From the NCBI GenBank assembly GCA_965226375.1, contig CBDDCX010000007.1, positions 576,001-640,000 on the forward strand: a stretch of DNA of 64,000 nt. Reading direction: 5' to 3'. Every line of letters starts with the position of its first letter. The first letter of the stretch is position 1. The notes beneath the pieces were generated by a model that did no database searches, was not told the origin of the DNA, and saw nothing but the letters and a program-made list of their open reading frames with translations. Both the position numbers and the translations under genes were made by a program. The DNA comes from Longimicrobiales bacterium. GTDB taxonomy: Bacteria > Gemmatimonadota > Gemmatimonadetes > Longimicrobiales > Gaopeijiaceae. This document shows, one piece after another, positions 20,148 through 29,966 of the stretch.

Positions 20148-21426
20148 AGTCGGTGAGGGTCCGCGCCACTCCCCCCCCGAGCGGAACGACGCGAATCGAT
20201 CCGGCCACTCCAAAAGCTACCTCGCGACCGTCAGGAGAGATCACCGGGTCGCCAGCCCCTTCGGTGTTCCGGATCGGGGTGGCCTCCAATGCATCCCACC
20301 GCCTCAACCACAGCTGAGCTTGCCCGTCATCACTCACGCCTCTGGAGACCATGAGCGATCCATCGGGCGAAAGGTCCAATGCTGCCCGCGTGGGATGAAT
20401 AGACTGAGCTTCTGCTATCAGCACCGAAACCCGTGTGACCGACTCTGGAGGCTCTGGCGGCTCGGGACCCAATAGAGACCAGCCGAAGGCGAGCGTGTAC
20501 AGGAGCGCCAAGCTCCAGCCGACGGTCGTGAGAGTGTTCCACGGACTCGCGGCCGCTCCATCGACTCCGACAACCTCTTCCCGATACCGGAAGTGCTCAT
20601 CACCGAGCGCCCTTACGAACTCCTGGGCCGAAGCGAACCGATCCGCAGGAAGCTTTTCCAGTGCCTTCCGGATCACTGCGTCCACGTTCGCCGGGATCGA
20701 GGGACGCTCATCCGTGGCCGACACGGGCTTGCCCGCGATGATCTTGCCGAGCACCGCTTGGGCTGTCGTCCCCGGGTAGGGCGGATCTCCGACTAGCATC
20801 TCATACAGGACAGCACCCAGAGCGTAGGTGTCTGTGGAGGCCCCTACGGCCTGGTCCCCCGTGGCCTGTTCCGGGCTCATGTAGAACGGAGTGCCCAGGC
20901 TGAGTCCGGTCTCTGTCAGGCGACCCCCACCAGCCGCCCCCACCGCCAACGCGATTCCGAAGTCTGCGATCAAGGGTCGCCCCTCGTGCAGCATGATGTT
21001 GGCGGGCTTGATGTCTCGGTGGATGATCTTGTTGCGATGCGCGTAGTCGAGTGCCTCGGCCAGGTCCGTCGTGATCTTTACCGCTTCGTCCACGGGAAGC
21101 TGATGCTCACGGTCTAGACGATCACGTAACGACTCGCCCTCGATGTAGGGCATCACGTAATAGAGGAAGCTGTCGGCTTCGCCTGAATCGTGGAGTGGAA
21201 GGATGTTCGGGTGGGTTAGGTTGGCGGTGGTCTTGATCTCGGCCAGGAATCGCTCGGCCCCAACCACGGCGGCCAGTTCGGGCTTCAGGACCTTCAGGGC
21301 CACCTTGCGCTCGTGCTTCAGGTCCTTGGCCAGATACACCGTAGCCATCCCGCCCTCACCGAGTTCACGCTCGATGGCGTAGCGGCCTTACAGGGCGGCG
21401 TTCAGGCGGATGATGGGATCGGACAT
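20101..21426 (-). pseudogene. Hanks-type Ser/Thr kinase + TM + TolB-like repeats; nonsense codon 13 and C-terminus cut by IS1595
   Basis: MSDPIIRLNAAL*GRYAIERELGEGGM; VALK, HRDIKPAN, DFG, YMSPEQ; propeller ends abruptly at the IS. Confidence 0.88.
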
Positions 21427-21439
21427 GGGCACTCCGAGG

Positions 21440-21500
21440 TCAGACTGCGGTCAACATCCGAGAGCGGTCCGGTAGGCGCAAGCAGAACCCCGTCAGACGC
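21440..21500. repeat. Repeat R3 copy 1 (61 bp, upstream of kinase)
   Basis: 59/61 identical to 33119-33179. Confidence 0.9.
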
Positions 21501-21617
21501 TTGAACATTCCGTGCATTTAAATGATCCTGCCCCGTCCCCCTGTCACATTCGGAGCTCCTAATTCGTTTCCATGCACGACGAGAACTCTTAGCCAGGACT
21601 GAGATGCGGAGTGCCCA

Positions 21618-22109
21618 ATGAAATCGACAGGTTTTGTCCTTGCGGTGGTGGTTGCGGTGCTGGTGGGGTGCGATGACAACAACGCGATCGGCTCTGACGT
21701 GGGACGCGCCCATGACTCGACCGGCCCCGTGATGGATCGCTTGGGTGGGCAACGCGCGCTCTGGGAGGCCCAGGGCCTCGAGGACTACACGTACGGCGTA
21801 CGGCGGGTCTGCCTTTGCCCCTTCAGGGAGGGAGTCCGAGTCACCGTGGTGGACGGAGCCGTGGCTGGAGCCACCGACCTCGTGACGGGAGAGGTGTTGG
21901 AGCCCACGGAGGTGCAGTGGTACCTGACGATCGACGGCCTCTTCGATCTCGTACAGGCCGCATACGAAGGAAACGCCTACGAGGTCCAGGTGGAGTTCGA
22001 TGCGAGCCGTGGCTACCCGACCCGCATCTTCATCGACTATGCGGATATGATCCTGGACGAAGAGGTGAGCTTTACGCTCTTGGCTGATGTCCGGGCTCTT
22101 GGAAACTGA
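21618..22109 (+). CDS. DUF6174-like lipoprotein
   Basis: Lipobox LVGC; WEAQGLEDYTY..RVCLCP..TIDGLF..GYP. Confidence 0.7.
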   Translation: MKSTGFVLAVVVAVLVGCDDNNAIGSDVGRAHDSTGPVMDRLGGQRALWEAQGLEDYTYGVRRVCLCPFREGVRVTVVDGAVAGATDLVTGEVLEPTEVQWYLTIDGLFDLVQAAYEGNAYEVQVEFDASRGYPTRIFIDYADMILDEEVSFTLLADVRALGN

Positions 22110-22188
22110 CGCCCAGCACCGAGCCCGACGATGAACCTCCGTTTTGAACGAGGGTTTTCCGCCTCGATCCCAACGTCAGAACGGATGA

Positions 22189-22764
22189 GTGATGGCTGAC
22201 ATGCCTTTGGGGCCTTACCTAGCTTACTGGCCTACGCTCATCTTCTGGTCTGCCATTGTTGTGGGCCTGGTGGCCTCCGGCCTCGGACTCGTCCGGCAGC
22301 GCGCATTCTGGCTGATCGGCGGTGCGATCTTGGTGTTACCGGCCTCGGGGTATTTGACCGCGACGCCGCGGTTTCAGTACGTCGGATGGGTGCCCGTGGC
22401 GTGCCTGCTCTTGGCCGCATACGCCGTGCGGCGGGGCAAGGTGTGGATCGCCGGGCTATTGGTCGCTGCCGGGGTCATCTTCTGGAGCGTGGTGGCCTCG
22501 ATGCTCTCCTTTCCGATCCTGCTCCATGTGCTGGTGGCGGGCGCAGCTATCGGGCTCGTGGCCGCAGGTCACCTCACCTGGAAGGTGGCGGTGTACGTCC
22601 CAATCGGAATCCTCGGGGCCTTCGTTGGCGCCCTGCTGAGTTTTGGCGATGCGCCGTTGCTCATGCGGTACCCCTATCTCAACCCGTGGACGTTGTCCGT
22701 GATGGCGGCCGTCCTCCTCGTGACGGCTCTTAGGGTTGCGGACAGGAGTGTATTTGGCCGCTGA
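22189..22764 (+). CDS. Multi-pass membrane protein (C-terminal part resembles the GlsB/YeaQ family)
   Basis: About 6-7 hydrophobic helices; IGILGAFVG. Confidence 0.6.
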   Translation: MMADMPLGPYLAYWPTLIFWSAIVVGLVASGLGLVRQRAFWLIGGAILVLPASGYLTATPRFQYVGWVPVACLLLAAYAVRRGKVWIAGLLVAAGVIFWSVVASMLSFPILLHVLVAGAAIGLVAAGHLTWKVAVYVPIGILGAFVGALLSFGDAPLLMRYPYLNPWTLSVMAAVLLVTALRVADRSVFGR

Positions 22765-22892
22765 CGGCTCGCCCCCGTGGCTTGAAAGGCCGTTATCGGC
22801 CTGGTGATTTGACGAGCCACAAGTCGAGGAGTGCGAGTCGATTGCTGCGGCTGGACCGATCCAAACCCAGAGCAAATCCACGAGTACATGCC

Positions 22893-22938
22893 CATGCGCT
22901 CAAGCTATGGGTGATGCTGAGGTTGGGCGATGGCTGGA
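22893..22938. repeat. Repeat R1 copy 1 (46 bp)
   Basis: CATGCGCTCAAGCTATGGGTGATGCTGAGGTTGGGCGATGGCTGGA, identical at 25874 and 34191. Confidence 0.95.
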
Positions 22939-22955
22939 GGTGGTCTGTGGGTCAG

Positions 22956-25055
22956 CTAGAACTGTTGCCGCTTAAAGCGTTGCCCGAGCATCCTCAAGCC
23001 GGCGGGTTCTCCGATGACGGTGAGTCGATCGCCTTCCGCGAGCACCGTCGCACCCCACGGAACGATGACCTCCGCCTCACGGCTCACCAGAGCGATCAGT
23101 GTGCCCGCGGGCATGTGCACCTCTCTAAGGGCGAGACCGATGAGTGACGCGGCGGGAGTGCCGGACTCCAACGTGAGGGCCAACACTCTCTCTTCCCGAA
23201 GCACGGCCTCCTTGAGCTCCTGGTGATTGGACGCCGACAGCCACGCCTCCATGAAGTCGTCCCGGTCCACTCGGCCGGCGATCTGAGCCAGGATGCGGAG
23301 GTGCTGGCCGGTCTTCGTCGCTGGACTGACCAGGAAGAAGACCGCCCGGACCGGCTCGGGCTGCTCCTCCGCCGCCTCTGCGAAATCTGCGTGAACGTCC
23401 ATCTTGATCCCGTCGATACATCGAACAAGGACCATCCGCGAGGATTCGATGCTCTTGAGGCGGAGGTGGGGGAGCGCCACTCCATTGGAGACGGGCATCA
23501 CGCCCTCAGCCGTGCCCTTCAGGAAGCCCTCGCCCAGCTTCTTGGCCGACGTATCGCACGTCTCGGCCAGATAGGCCGCTGCTTCCCATATGATGTTGCT
23601 GAAGCTCGCGCCGCCTGATATGTCGATGATCGCGGCTGACGCCACCGCCTGCGCGAAGGGATGCGCGTCGCGGAGGCCCTCCTCGTTCATGATTTCCCAG
23701 AGCTCGGGGTCGATGTCGACGTCGCGCTGGCGCCCGAGCCTCTCGAACATATGGTAGATCGCCCCTTCGCGGTCCACCCGGTCGCGGGCGTAGTAGGTAT
23801 ACCAGATGGCGCCGAGGGCGATGAGCCCTCCAGTGAACAGGCTGGGGAGGAGTCCCATCTCCACGACCATCCAGAAGGGGACCACGACACCCAGGACATG
23901 AAGCCAGGGGTAGAAGGGGGAGCGGTAGCCCGGGTCGTACGATTCGATGCGACTCTCCCTCATCACGATCACCGCCAGGCAGCTCAGCCCGAACATCAAG
24001 AGTTGGAATGCTCCAGCGAGCTTGGCGATCTTGGTCGGGTCGAACAGCACGACGAAGGCGAGGATCAGCGCGACTGTGGTGAAGATGGCGTACATCGGCG
24101 TTCCACGGGCCTGGATCTTCGAGAAGAACCGGGGGAGCACGTTGTCACGGCTCATGGCCAGGGGATACCGAGACGCACTCAGGACGGCCGCGTTCGATAC
24201 GGATGAGAAGGCGAGGACCGCCGCCGCCGTCACCAGGATTCTCCCCCATGGCCCCACGAGTGCATCGGCCACTGTAGCAACCGGCGTCAGGTCGCCCCCG
24301 TCCCGTGCCAGGACGTCCGCCGAAACCACCCCCACCATGACCGCTGTGCCCACGGAGTACACCAGGATGGCGGTGCCGAAGGCCAGGAACATTCCTAGGG
24401 GAAGATTTCTCTCAGGGTGGCGGACTTCCTCCGCTATGCTGGCCACCTTGGTGAGCCCCATGTAGCTGACGATGACGAGGCCCGCAGTGTTGACCACCGA
24501 CACCGGCGCCTGACTGAACACGCCGGCCAGATTGCCCGGCTCGACGTGCAGAAGCCCCGTGCCCATGAACCACGCCAGGATCAACAGCAGGGCAACGACC
24601 ATGAGCCCCTGGAACCGAGTGGCCTCCTTCGCTCCCAGGACGTTGACCATACCGAACAAGACGGCGAAGACCACCGCGATAGGCACTACGTTGAGTTCGG
24701 GGAGGAACAGCCGCAGATACGCCCCGATCCCGATGAGGGCGAAGGCGGCCTTGAGGGAAAGTGCGATCCAGGTCCCGAAGCCCCCCACCGTTCCCATGAG
24801 GGGTCCCATGCTACGATCCAGGAAGTAGTACACGCCCCCGGCTCGCGGCATGGCCGTAGCTAACTCCGCCATACTGACCAGGCCGGGAACCAGCAGGAGA
24901 CCGGCCAGAACGTAGGACAAGGGCATTCCCGGCCCGGCTCCGGCGGCCGCCAGCCCCGGAAGCAGGAAGAAGCCCGAGCTCAGCGTGGCACCCGTGGCGA
25001 TGCCGTAGACGTCCCAGAGGCCCAGCTCCTTCTTGAGGAGCTTCGGTTTTCTCAT
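22956..25055 (-). CDS. APC amino-acid permease fused to PTS EIIA(Ntr/Fru)-like and TrkA-C/RCK_C domains
   Basis: AELATAMPRAGG, AEEV..P.RNLP; GVALPHLRL (phospho-His); RCK_C LAEGDRLTVIG. Confidence 0.88.
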   Translation of the reverse strand: MRKPKLLKKELGLWDVYGIATGATLSSGFFLLPGLAAAGAGPGMPLSYVLAGLLLVPGLVSMAELATAMPRAGGVYYFLDRSMGPLMGTVGGFGTWIALSLKAAFALIGIGAYLRLFLPELNVVPIAVVFAVLFGMVNVLGAKEATRFQGLMVVALLLILAWFMGTGLLHVEPGNLAGVFSQAPVSVVNTAGLVIVSYMGLTKVASIAEEVRHPERNLPLGMFLAFGTAILVYSVGTAVMVGVVSADVLARDGGDLTPVATVADALVGPWGRILVTAAAVLAFSSVSNAAVLSASRYPLAMSRDNVLPRFFSKIQARGTPMYAIFTTVALILAFVVLFDPTKIAKLAGAFQLLMFGLSCLAVIVMRESRIESYDPGYRSPFYPWLHVLGVVVPFWMVVEMGLLPSLFTGGLIALGAIWYTYYARDRVDREGAIYHMFERLGRQRDVDIDPELWEIMNEEGLRDAHPFAQAVASAAIIDISGGASFSNIIWEAAAYLAETCDTSAKKLGEGFLKGTAEGVMPVSNGVALPHLRLKSIESSRMVLVRCIDGIKMDVHADFAEAAEEQPEPVRAVFFLVSPATKTGQHLRILAQIAGRVDRDDFMEAWLSASNHQELKEAVLREERVLALTLESGTPAASLIGLALREVHMPAGTLIALVSREAEVIVPWGATVLAEGDRLTVIGEPAGLRMLGQRFKRQQF

Positions 25056-25177
25056 GGCCTCAAGTACCCTCGCCGTCCTTCATGACGATGCCCTCAATCT
25101 CATAACGGCCCTCCAGTGCTGCGTTCAGGCCGGATACCTGATCAGACATAGCCGCAAGATGCGTCTAGGGTGTGCGA

Positions 25178-25288
25178 GGCAGCAAGCAGAAGGTCCGTAG
25201 ACGCGTGTATTCGCGTTCCAAGCGTCTCCGGGGTTTATTCGGTATCCTGGGTTAGGCTGGAAGGCTCTCGTGGCTTAGAGGGGCGTTA
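25178..25288. repeat. Repeat R2 copy (with part of R3) upstream of the permease
   Basis: Aligns to 33154-33263, including GGGGTTTATTCGGTATCCTGGGT and CTCTCGTGGCTTAGA. Confidence 0.85.
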
Positions 25289-25297
25289 ACAACGAGA

Positions 25298-25673
25298 TCA
25301 CCCACCCTCCGGCCGGTCGCCCGTGATGGTCAACAGGAGCGCCGTGTCCTCGAGGGCTCGGATGTCCTGGGCGTGGCCCGGTCCGAAGAAGAGGACGTCC
25401 CCCTGGCCGATCTCGAACTCCTCGTGACGTACACGGTAGTGGAGGCGCCCCTGGAGCGCCTGGAGGGTCATGGGCGAGGCGGCGTGATGGGTTGCCCACC
25501 TCGACGCCCTCGGCGATCAGCGTGAGGGTGAGCCTGAGCGGCCCCGCTTTGACGAGGGTCCGGCCGACCCGGCCGCTCCGGACGTATCTCTCGTCCCGGC
25601 GGAGCTCGGCGATCTGCTCGTCCAGGTCGAAGGTGAGGTTCTCTCCGGTGAGAGCACGGGTGATGGACGACAT
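25298..25673 (-). pseudogene. Cupin-domain protein, frameshifted near 25490
   Basis: GRTLVKAGPLRLTL...; a second frame gives HHAASPMTLQALQG...FFGPGHAQDIRALEDTALLLTI. Confidence 0.75.
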
Positions 25674-25873
25674 GGAGACCTCCGGGCCGGAGAAGCGACG
25701 GGGCGGTGATGTGAAGGATAGTCGAGCTGAGGATCGGGCGCGAGCAGGTGTGGAAGATGTGCCGCGGCGCGCTGGCGCGAGCCAAACATGCCAGCAAGTG
25801 TCGTTCGGACCGTACCAGATGCGGCGAGCGAAATACCCCCTGCCCTTCGGTCGGTTGCCGGCGTTACCCTGCC

Positions 25874-25919
25874 CATGCGCTCAAGCTATGGGTGATGCTG
25901 AGGTTGGGCGATGGCTGGA
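25874..25919. repeat. Repeat R1 copy 2
   Basis: Identical 46-mer. Confidence 0.95.
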
Positions 25920-25923
25920 TGGA

Positions 25924-26248
25924 CTAGTTCGTGATGGCCCAGCACTCCACAGGTTCAGCGACGTTCTTGAGTTGGTACTGTCCCAGTGGCTGCAAGACGC
26001 CAGGTTCGCCTAACCGCTCCTTCACAGCGGCGCTCACCACCACTTGCCCCGGCTCGGCGATCCCCTCAAGCCTGCTGGCGACGTTGACCGCGTCTCCGAA
26101 CACGTCACCGGCCTGGCGCCTGGCAGTTCCCGCCTGCTGCACCGAGAAGGCATCATCAACGGTCACGACCTTGCCGTTGTAGAGCACCAGATCACGGCCT
26201 CCCTTACGGCGCAGGCCGCGAGGGACAGGAGAGCGAAGCCTAAGATCA
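25924..26248 (-). pseudogene. Chimeric fragment: amidohydrolase N-terminus joined to class III adenylate/guanylate cyclase C-terminus
   Basis: DLVLYNGKVVTVDDAFSVQQA then GDVFGDAVNVASRLEG...LKNVAEPV. Confidence 0.7.
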
Positions 26249-26280
26249 TGCGGGTGACGGGAAACACAGAGAGTCCTTCT

Positions 26281-28053
26281 CTACGGTCGTTGCTTGACGT
26301 GGGGGGCCAACAGATCCTGCGCCTCCGCACGTGGAAGAGCGACCCGGCTCTCCACTGCGCGAGTGATCTGCCGGATGGCCACCACCGCTTGGGCTGCCCG
26401 CCACTCCAGCTCCTCGATCAGAGGCACGCAGTACGTAGCACCCGGCCCCTCGGCGCGGGGTGAGGGGTCCTCTTTGCCCCACCGGAGCGTGGTCCCCCGA
26501 GGCGGTTGCGCGATTCGGGAGCGGCGCTGATCCAATCCGCGCCGAAGCGACCAGTGCCGATCAGTCGGGCCCTGGGAACGTGCATCGCCCCGATGGCGGC
26601 GATGCGGCGTGCGAAGGTGCCCCACGTCACCACGACTCGGGTGTCCTCCAGGACCACGACTCGCAGAGCACAGCCCCGCAGGAGCGCTCGTCCGCTTGCG
26701 CCGAGGCCGTCGACGGTCGCCAAGATCTGCGAGAGCTCAGGAAGGAGAAAATCTCGCTCATACGCCACCGGACCGATGTCACTGACGAGTCGAACGATGT
26801 CCGGCCGCCAGAGGTCGTACGCGAACGTCGCCACGAGTTCTCGAATGGTTTCGGGCTCCTGTCTCACGATGAAGCGAGCCGCTAGATAGTCCGTCAGGTT
26901 CGGATGGATGAACTCGTAGCGTCCTCCTTCTTGGGTCACCACGCCCACCGTCTGCTCCAGGTCTTCGATCAGACCGTCGACCCCCCCCCCCCCCCCCCCC
27001 GGAAAATCGCCCACCGCCCCGGCCATCGGAGGCCCGAAGAACGCGTTCCACCTCAGGCGACGGGAACGAGCTCTCGCCCGCCGGCGCGAGGTGGATCGCG
27101 ATGCCCTCGAGAGGAGCCTCGAGCTCGTCCAACTCCACCCCGGTGCACGTGACCCGACGAAAGTTCGGCTTCTTGTCGTCCTGGTCGTGAAAGAGCGCCC
27201 GGAGCGCCTGACGGTAGAACACGTGCGGGCTGGCGTCCGCTTTCCACTCGTCGTGGGTCATGAACATGAGCTGCGGAAGCAGGGGATTTCCGGCGAGCCT
27301 GGTCATGCTCGCCCCCCCGGCGTCGGCCAGGAAGGCGGTGAACTTCTCCTTGTGTGCTCCGTCCGGTGCCGCACGATCGATCATGTCGAGCGTTTGCTCG
27401 CGTCTCATCGGCCGAACGCGCAGCACGCGGAAGCTGTCCCACGCCAGTGCGGCTCGGAACGGTCTGGAGCTCACGATCATGGGGCAATCGCTGTAGCGGT
27501 CACGGAGATCCGCGATGGCCTGTGCCACGGCGCCCGCCCGCCCGGGTGGCAGCTCGTCGAGCCCGTCCATGAGGAGCACGAGCTGCCCCCAGCGAGCGAA
27601 CTCGCCGAATGTATCTCGCGTCATGTCGAGGCCGTCCCTCACAGCCGCGGACCACAACGAATCTGTCAGGCCCACCGCGGAAAGGCCGCCGTTCTCGTCT
27701 ACTGCCTGCCCTACGCGCCGCAGCGGTACGTAGACGGGCAGCCAGGCCGCGTCATCCAAGGCATCGAGCAGAAGGTACCGGAGGAGTTGGGATTTTCCGC
27801 TTCCTGCCGCACCGATCACCACCGTGTGCAGCGAGCGAGACAGCAACCCCTGCAGGGTCGCGGGCTCCCTGGAGAACGGGTCGTCGTACTTCCACTGTAC
27901 TACGTTGTAGTCCCGCCGTATGGACGGCTCCGACTCGAGCGTCACGTCGCTGTAGGTGTTCCACATCAAGACGGGCACATCGGGGCTGCAGACCGTCTTG
28001 ATGCGCTCGTACTTTTCCCTGAGCCGGCCCCTGTACGTCTCTCGGAGACTCAT
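26281..28053 (-). CDS. NACHT (STAND) NTPase, frameshifted at a G20 tract and again near 26470
   Basis: GAAGSGKS, LLMDGLDE, SSR, NPLL, YEFIHPNLTDYLAA. Confidence 0.82.
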
Positions 28054-28161
28054 CGCACACGGATCCCAGCTACGCCGACCACTCGCTCAACGGTGTGGGG
28101 GCCCGAGGGGCCTTCGTTCAGAAATGGGAGAGTGTTGGACATCCACCGGTTCGCTGCTTGG

Positions 28162-29511
28162 TTTAGCGCCCCCGATTTCTCTGGACAGTAGATTGGCAAA
28201 GACAGCGGGTCCAGAGAGAAAGGGACGTGATGGCCCAGAAGCCGAGGGAGAACAAGGCGACCGCAGGTCGTGAGAAGGTACCCGAGCGGTGGAGTGCCCA
28301 GCAGAAAACGGAGGTGGTGCTGCGCCTGCTACGGGGTGAGGACCTGGTGGAGGTCAGCCGCGAGGTACAGGTCTCACCGCCGGAGCTGGAGGAATGGCGG
28401 CGGGTGTTCCTGGAGACCGGTCAGCAGGGACTGAGACGCCGGGGCCGAGACCCTGGAGAACGGGAGCTGACCCGGACCCGGGCGAAGCTGGGAGAGTTGA
28501 CGATGCGACTGGAGCTTGCGAGAGAACTCCTGGAAAAAAGGGGGTACGGGGACGAGCTGGAGAAGCTCTTGAAGCGCGGACGCGGGTGAGTCCGGGGACA
28601 GGGCGGCTCTACCCTCTGACGATGATCTGCGAGGTCTGGCGGGTGGGGCGCTCGACGGTCTACGCGGCCCGAGATCGAGAAGAGAGCGACGGGCCGGCAG
28701 GGCTGAAGAAGCGCGGACCGAAGACGAAGCTGAGCGACGAGGAGTTGGTGGAGGAGATCCGACAGGTGCTGAAGGAGAGCGACTTCCTGGGCGAAGGCCA
28801 CCGGAAGGTCCGGGCCCGTCTGAGAGCCAAGGGGATCGGTGTGGGCAAGAACCGCGTGCTGCGGCTGATGCGGGAGAATGGGCTGCTGGCCCCCGTACGG
28901 CGCGGAAAGCACCCGCGTGGGGACCGGAGCCACAGCGGCCGGATCACGCGACGGATGTGCCGAACGAGCTGTGGGGTACGGACGCGACGCGGTTCTACAC
29001 GAAGGAGGATGGGTGGTGCTGGTTCTTCGTGGCGGTGGATCACTGCATCACAGACGTGGTGGGCTGGCACGTGGCGAAGAAGGGCGATCGGTGGGCAGCG
29101 CTCGAGCCGATCCGCCAGGGTGTACGAACCCACATGGACGGCTACGCGCCCAAGATCGCTCTGGGGCTCGGCCTACGGCACGACTGGGGCCCTCAGTACA
29201 CCGCCCATCAGTTCCAAGGAGAGCTGGCCTGGCTCGGGATCCGCTCGACGGCCTCGTACGTAGGAGAGCCGGAGTGCAACGGCGTCGCGGAACGCTTCAT
29301 GCGGACGCTGAAGGAAGAGTGCCTGTACCTCCACGACTTCGAGAGCCTCGAGGAGGCCAGGCAGGAGATCGATGCGTTCATCGAACGCTACAACCGCGGG
29401 TGGCTCCTGGAGCGGCACGGGTATCGGACCCCGGCCCAGGTCCGTCAGGAGCTCACCCTGAAGGCGGCATGATTAGGCCGCCGACTTGTCCAGGAAACCG
29501 GAACCGGTACA
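28162..29511 (+). mobile_element. IS3-family element (orfA 28227-28589; orfB to 29472) with 5-bp target duplication CTTGG
   Basis: Imperfect TIRs; WGTD, RHDWG, NGVAERFMRTLKEE; CTTGG at 28157-28161 and 29512-29516; extra frameshift near 28950. Confidence 0.92.
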
Positions 29512-29750
29512 CTTGGCATGATAGAACGACGCCAACTTTCCATATATCATGCGGTGTAACGATTAAGGATTGTTTCCACACTCTAGGCGCGGCGGACATC
29601 GGAGTCGAGGGTGTAGGCGAGTGTGGAAACGATCAGTTGAGCTGAGCCGCTACGCGGTGGGTGGGGCTATGGGGATTGGAGAGTCCGGAGTCGAAGCGGC
29701 GAGGTCAGCCGGAGAGCTTGGTCGACAGGAGCGCGGCAAGCGGAGGCAAC

Positions 29751-29797
29751 GGCGGAGAACAATCTCCCCCGAGTCCTTTCGGACGCCAGTTTTCAAG
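29751..29797 (-). other. Degenerate 3' half of tRNA-Ser(UGA); att-like scar
   Basis: Minus strand CTTGAAA-ACTGG-C-GTCC-GAAA-GGAC-TCGGGGG...CTCCGCC; T-loop lost. Confidence 0.55.
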
Positions 29798-29966
29798 TTC
29801 CTGCCTGGCTTTTGCGTCTGGCTGTGTCTAGCCCAATATCGTTGCGAGGCACGGGTTTTCGGCGGGCGCCGTTCTCCGGGAGTTGTGCTGACTTACGTGC
29901 TTTTCAGGGTCCGCGTTGGCAAAACGTTGCCAAGAGGTTTCCACCGCCGCCCCAAGGTTACCAGCC

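Noticed and set aside
21388..21390. In-frame TAA here and at codon 12 of 34279-34674 as stop-codon recoding
   Set aside because: TAA terminates normal genes in this window (e.g. 15164, 58603); both affected genes lie in a decaying region
28085..28140. GTCCAAC...GTTGAGC as an attC upstream of the NACHT gene
   Set aside because: The interior shows no convincing L-box complementarity
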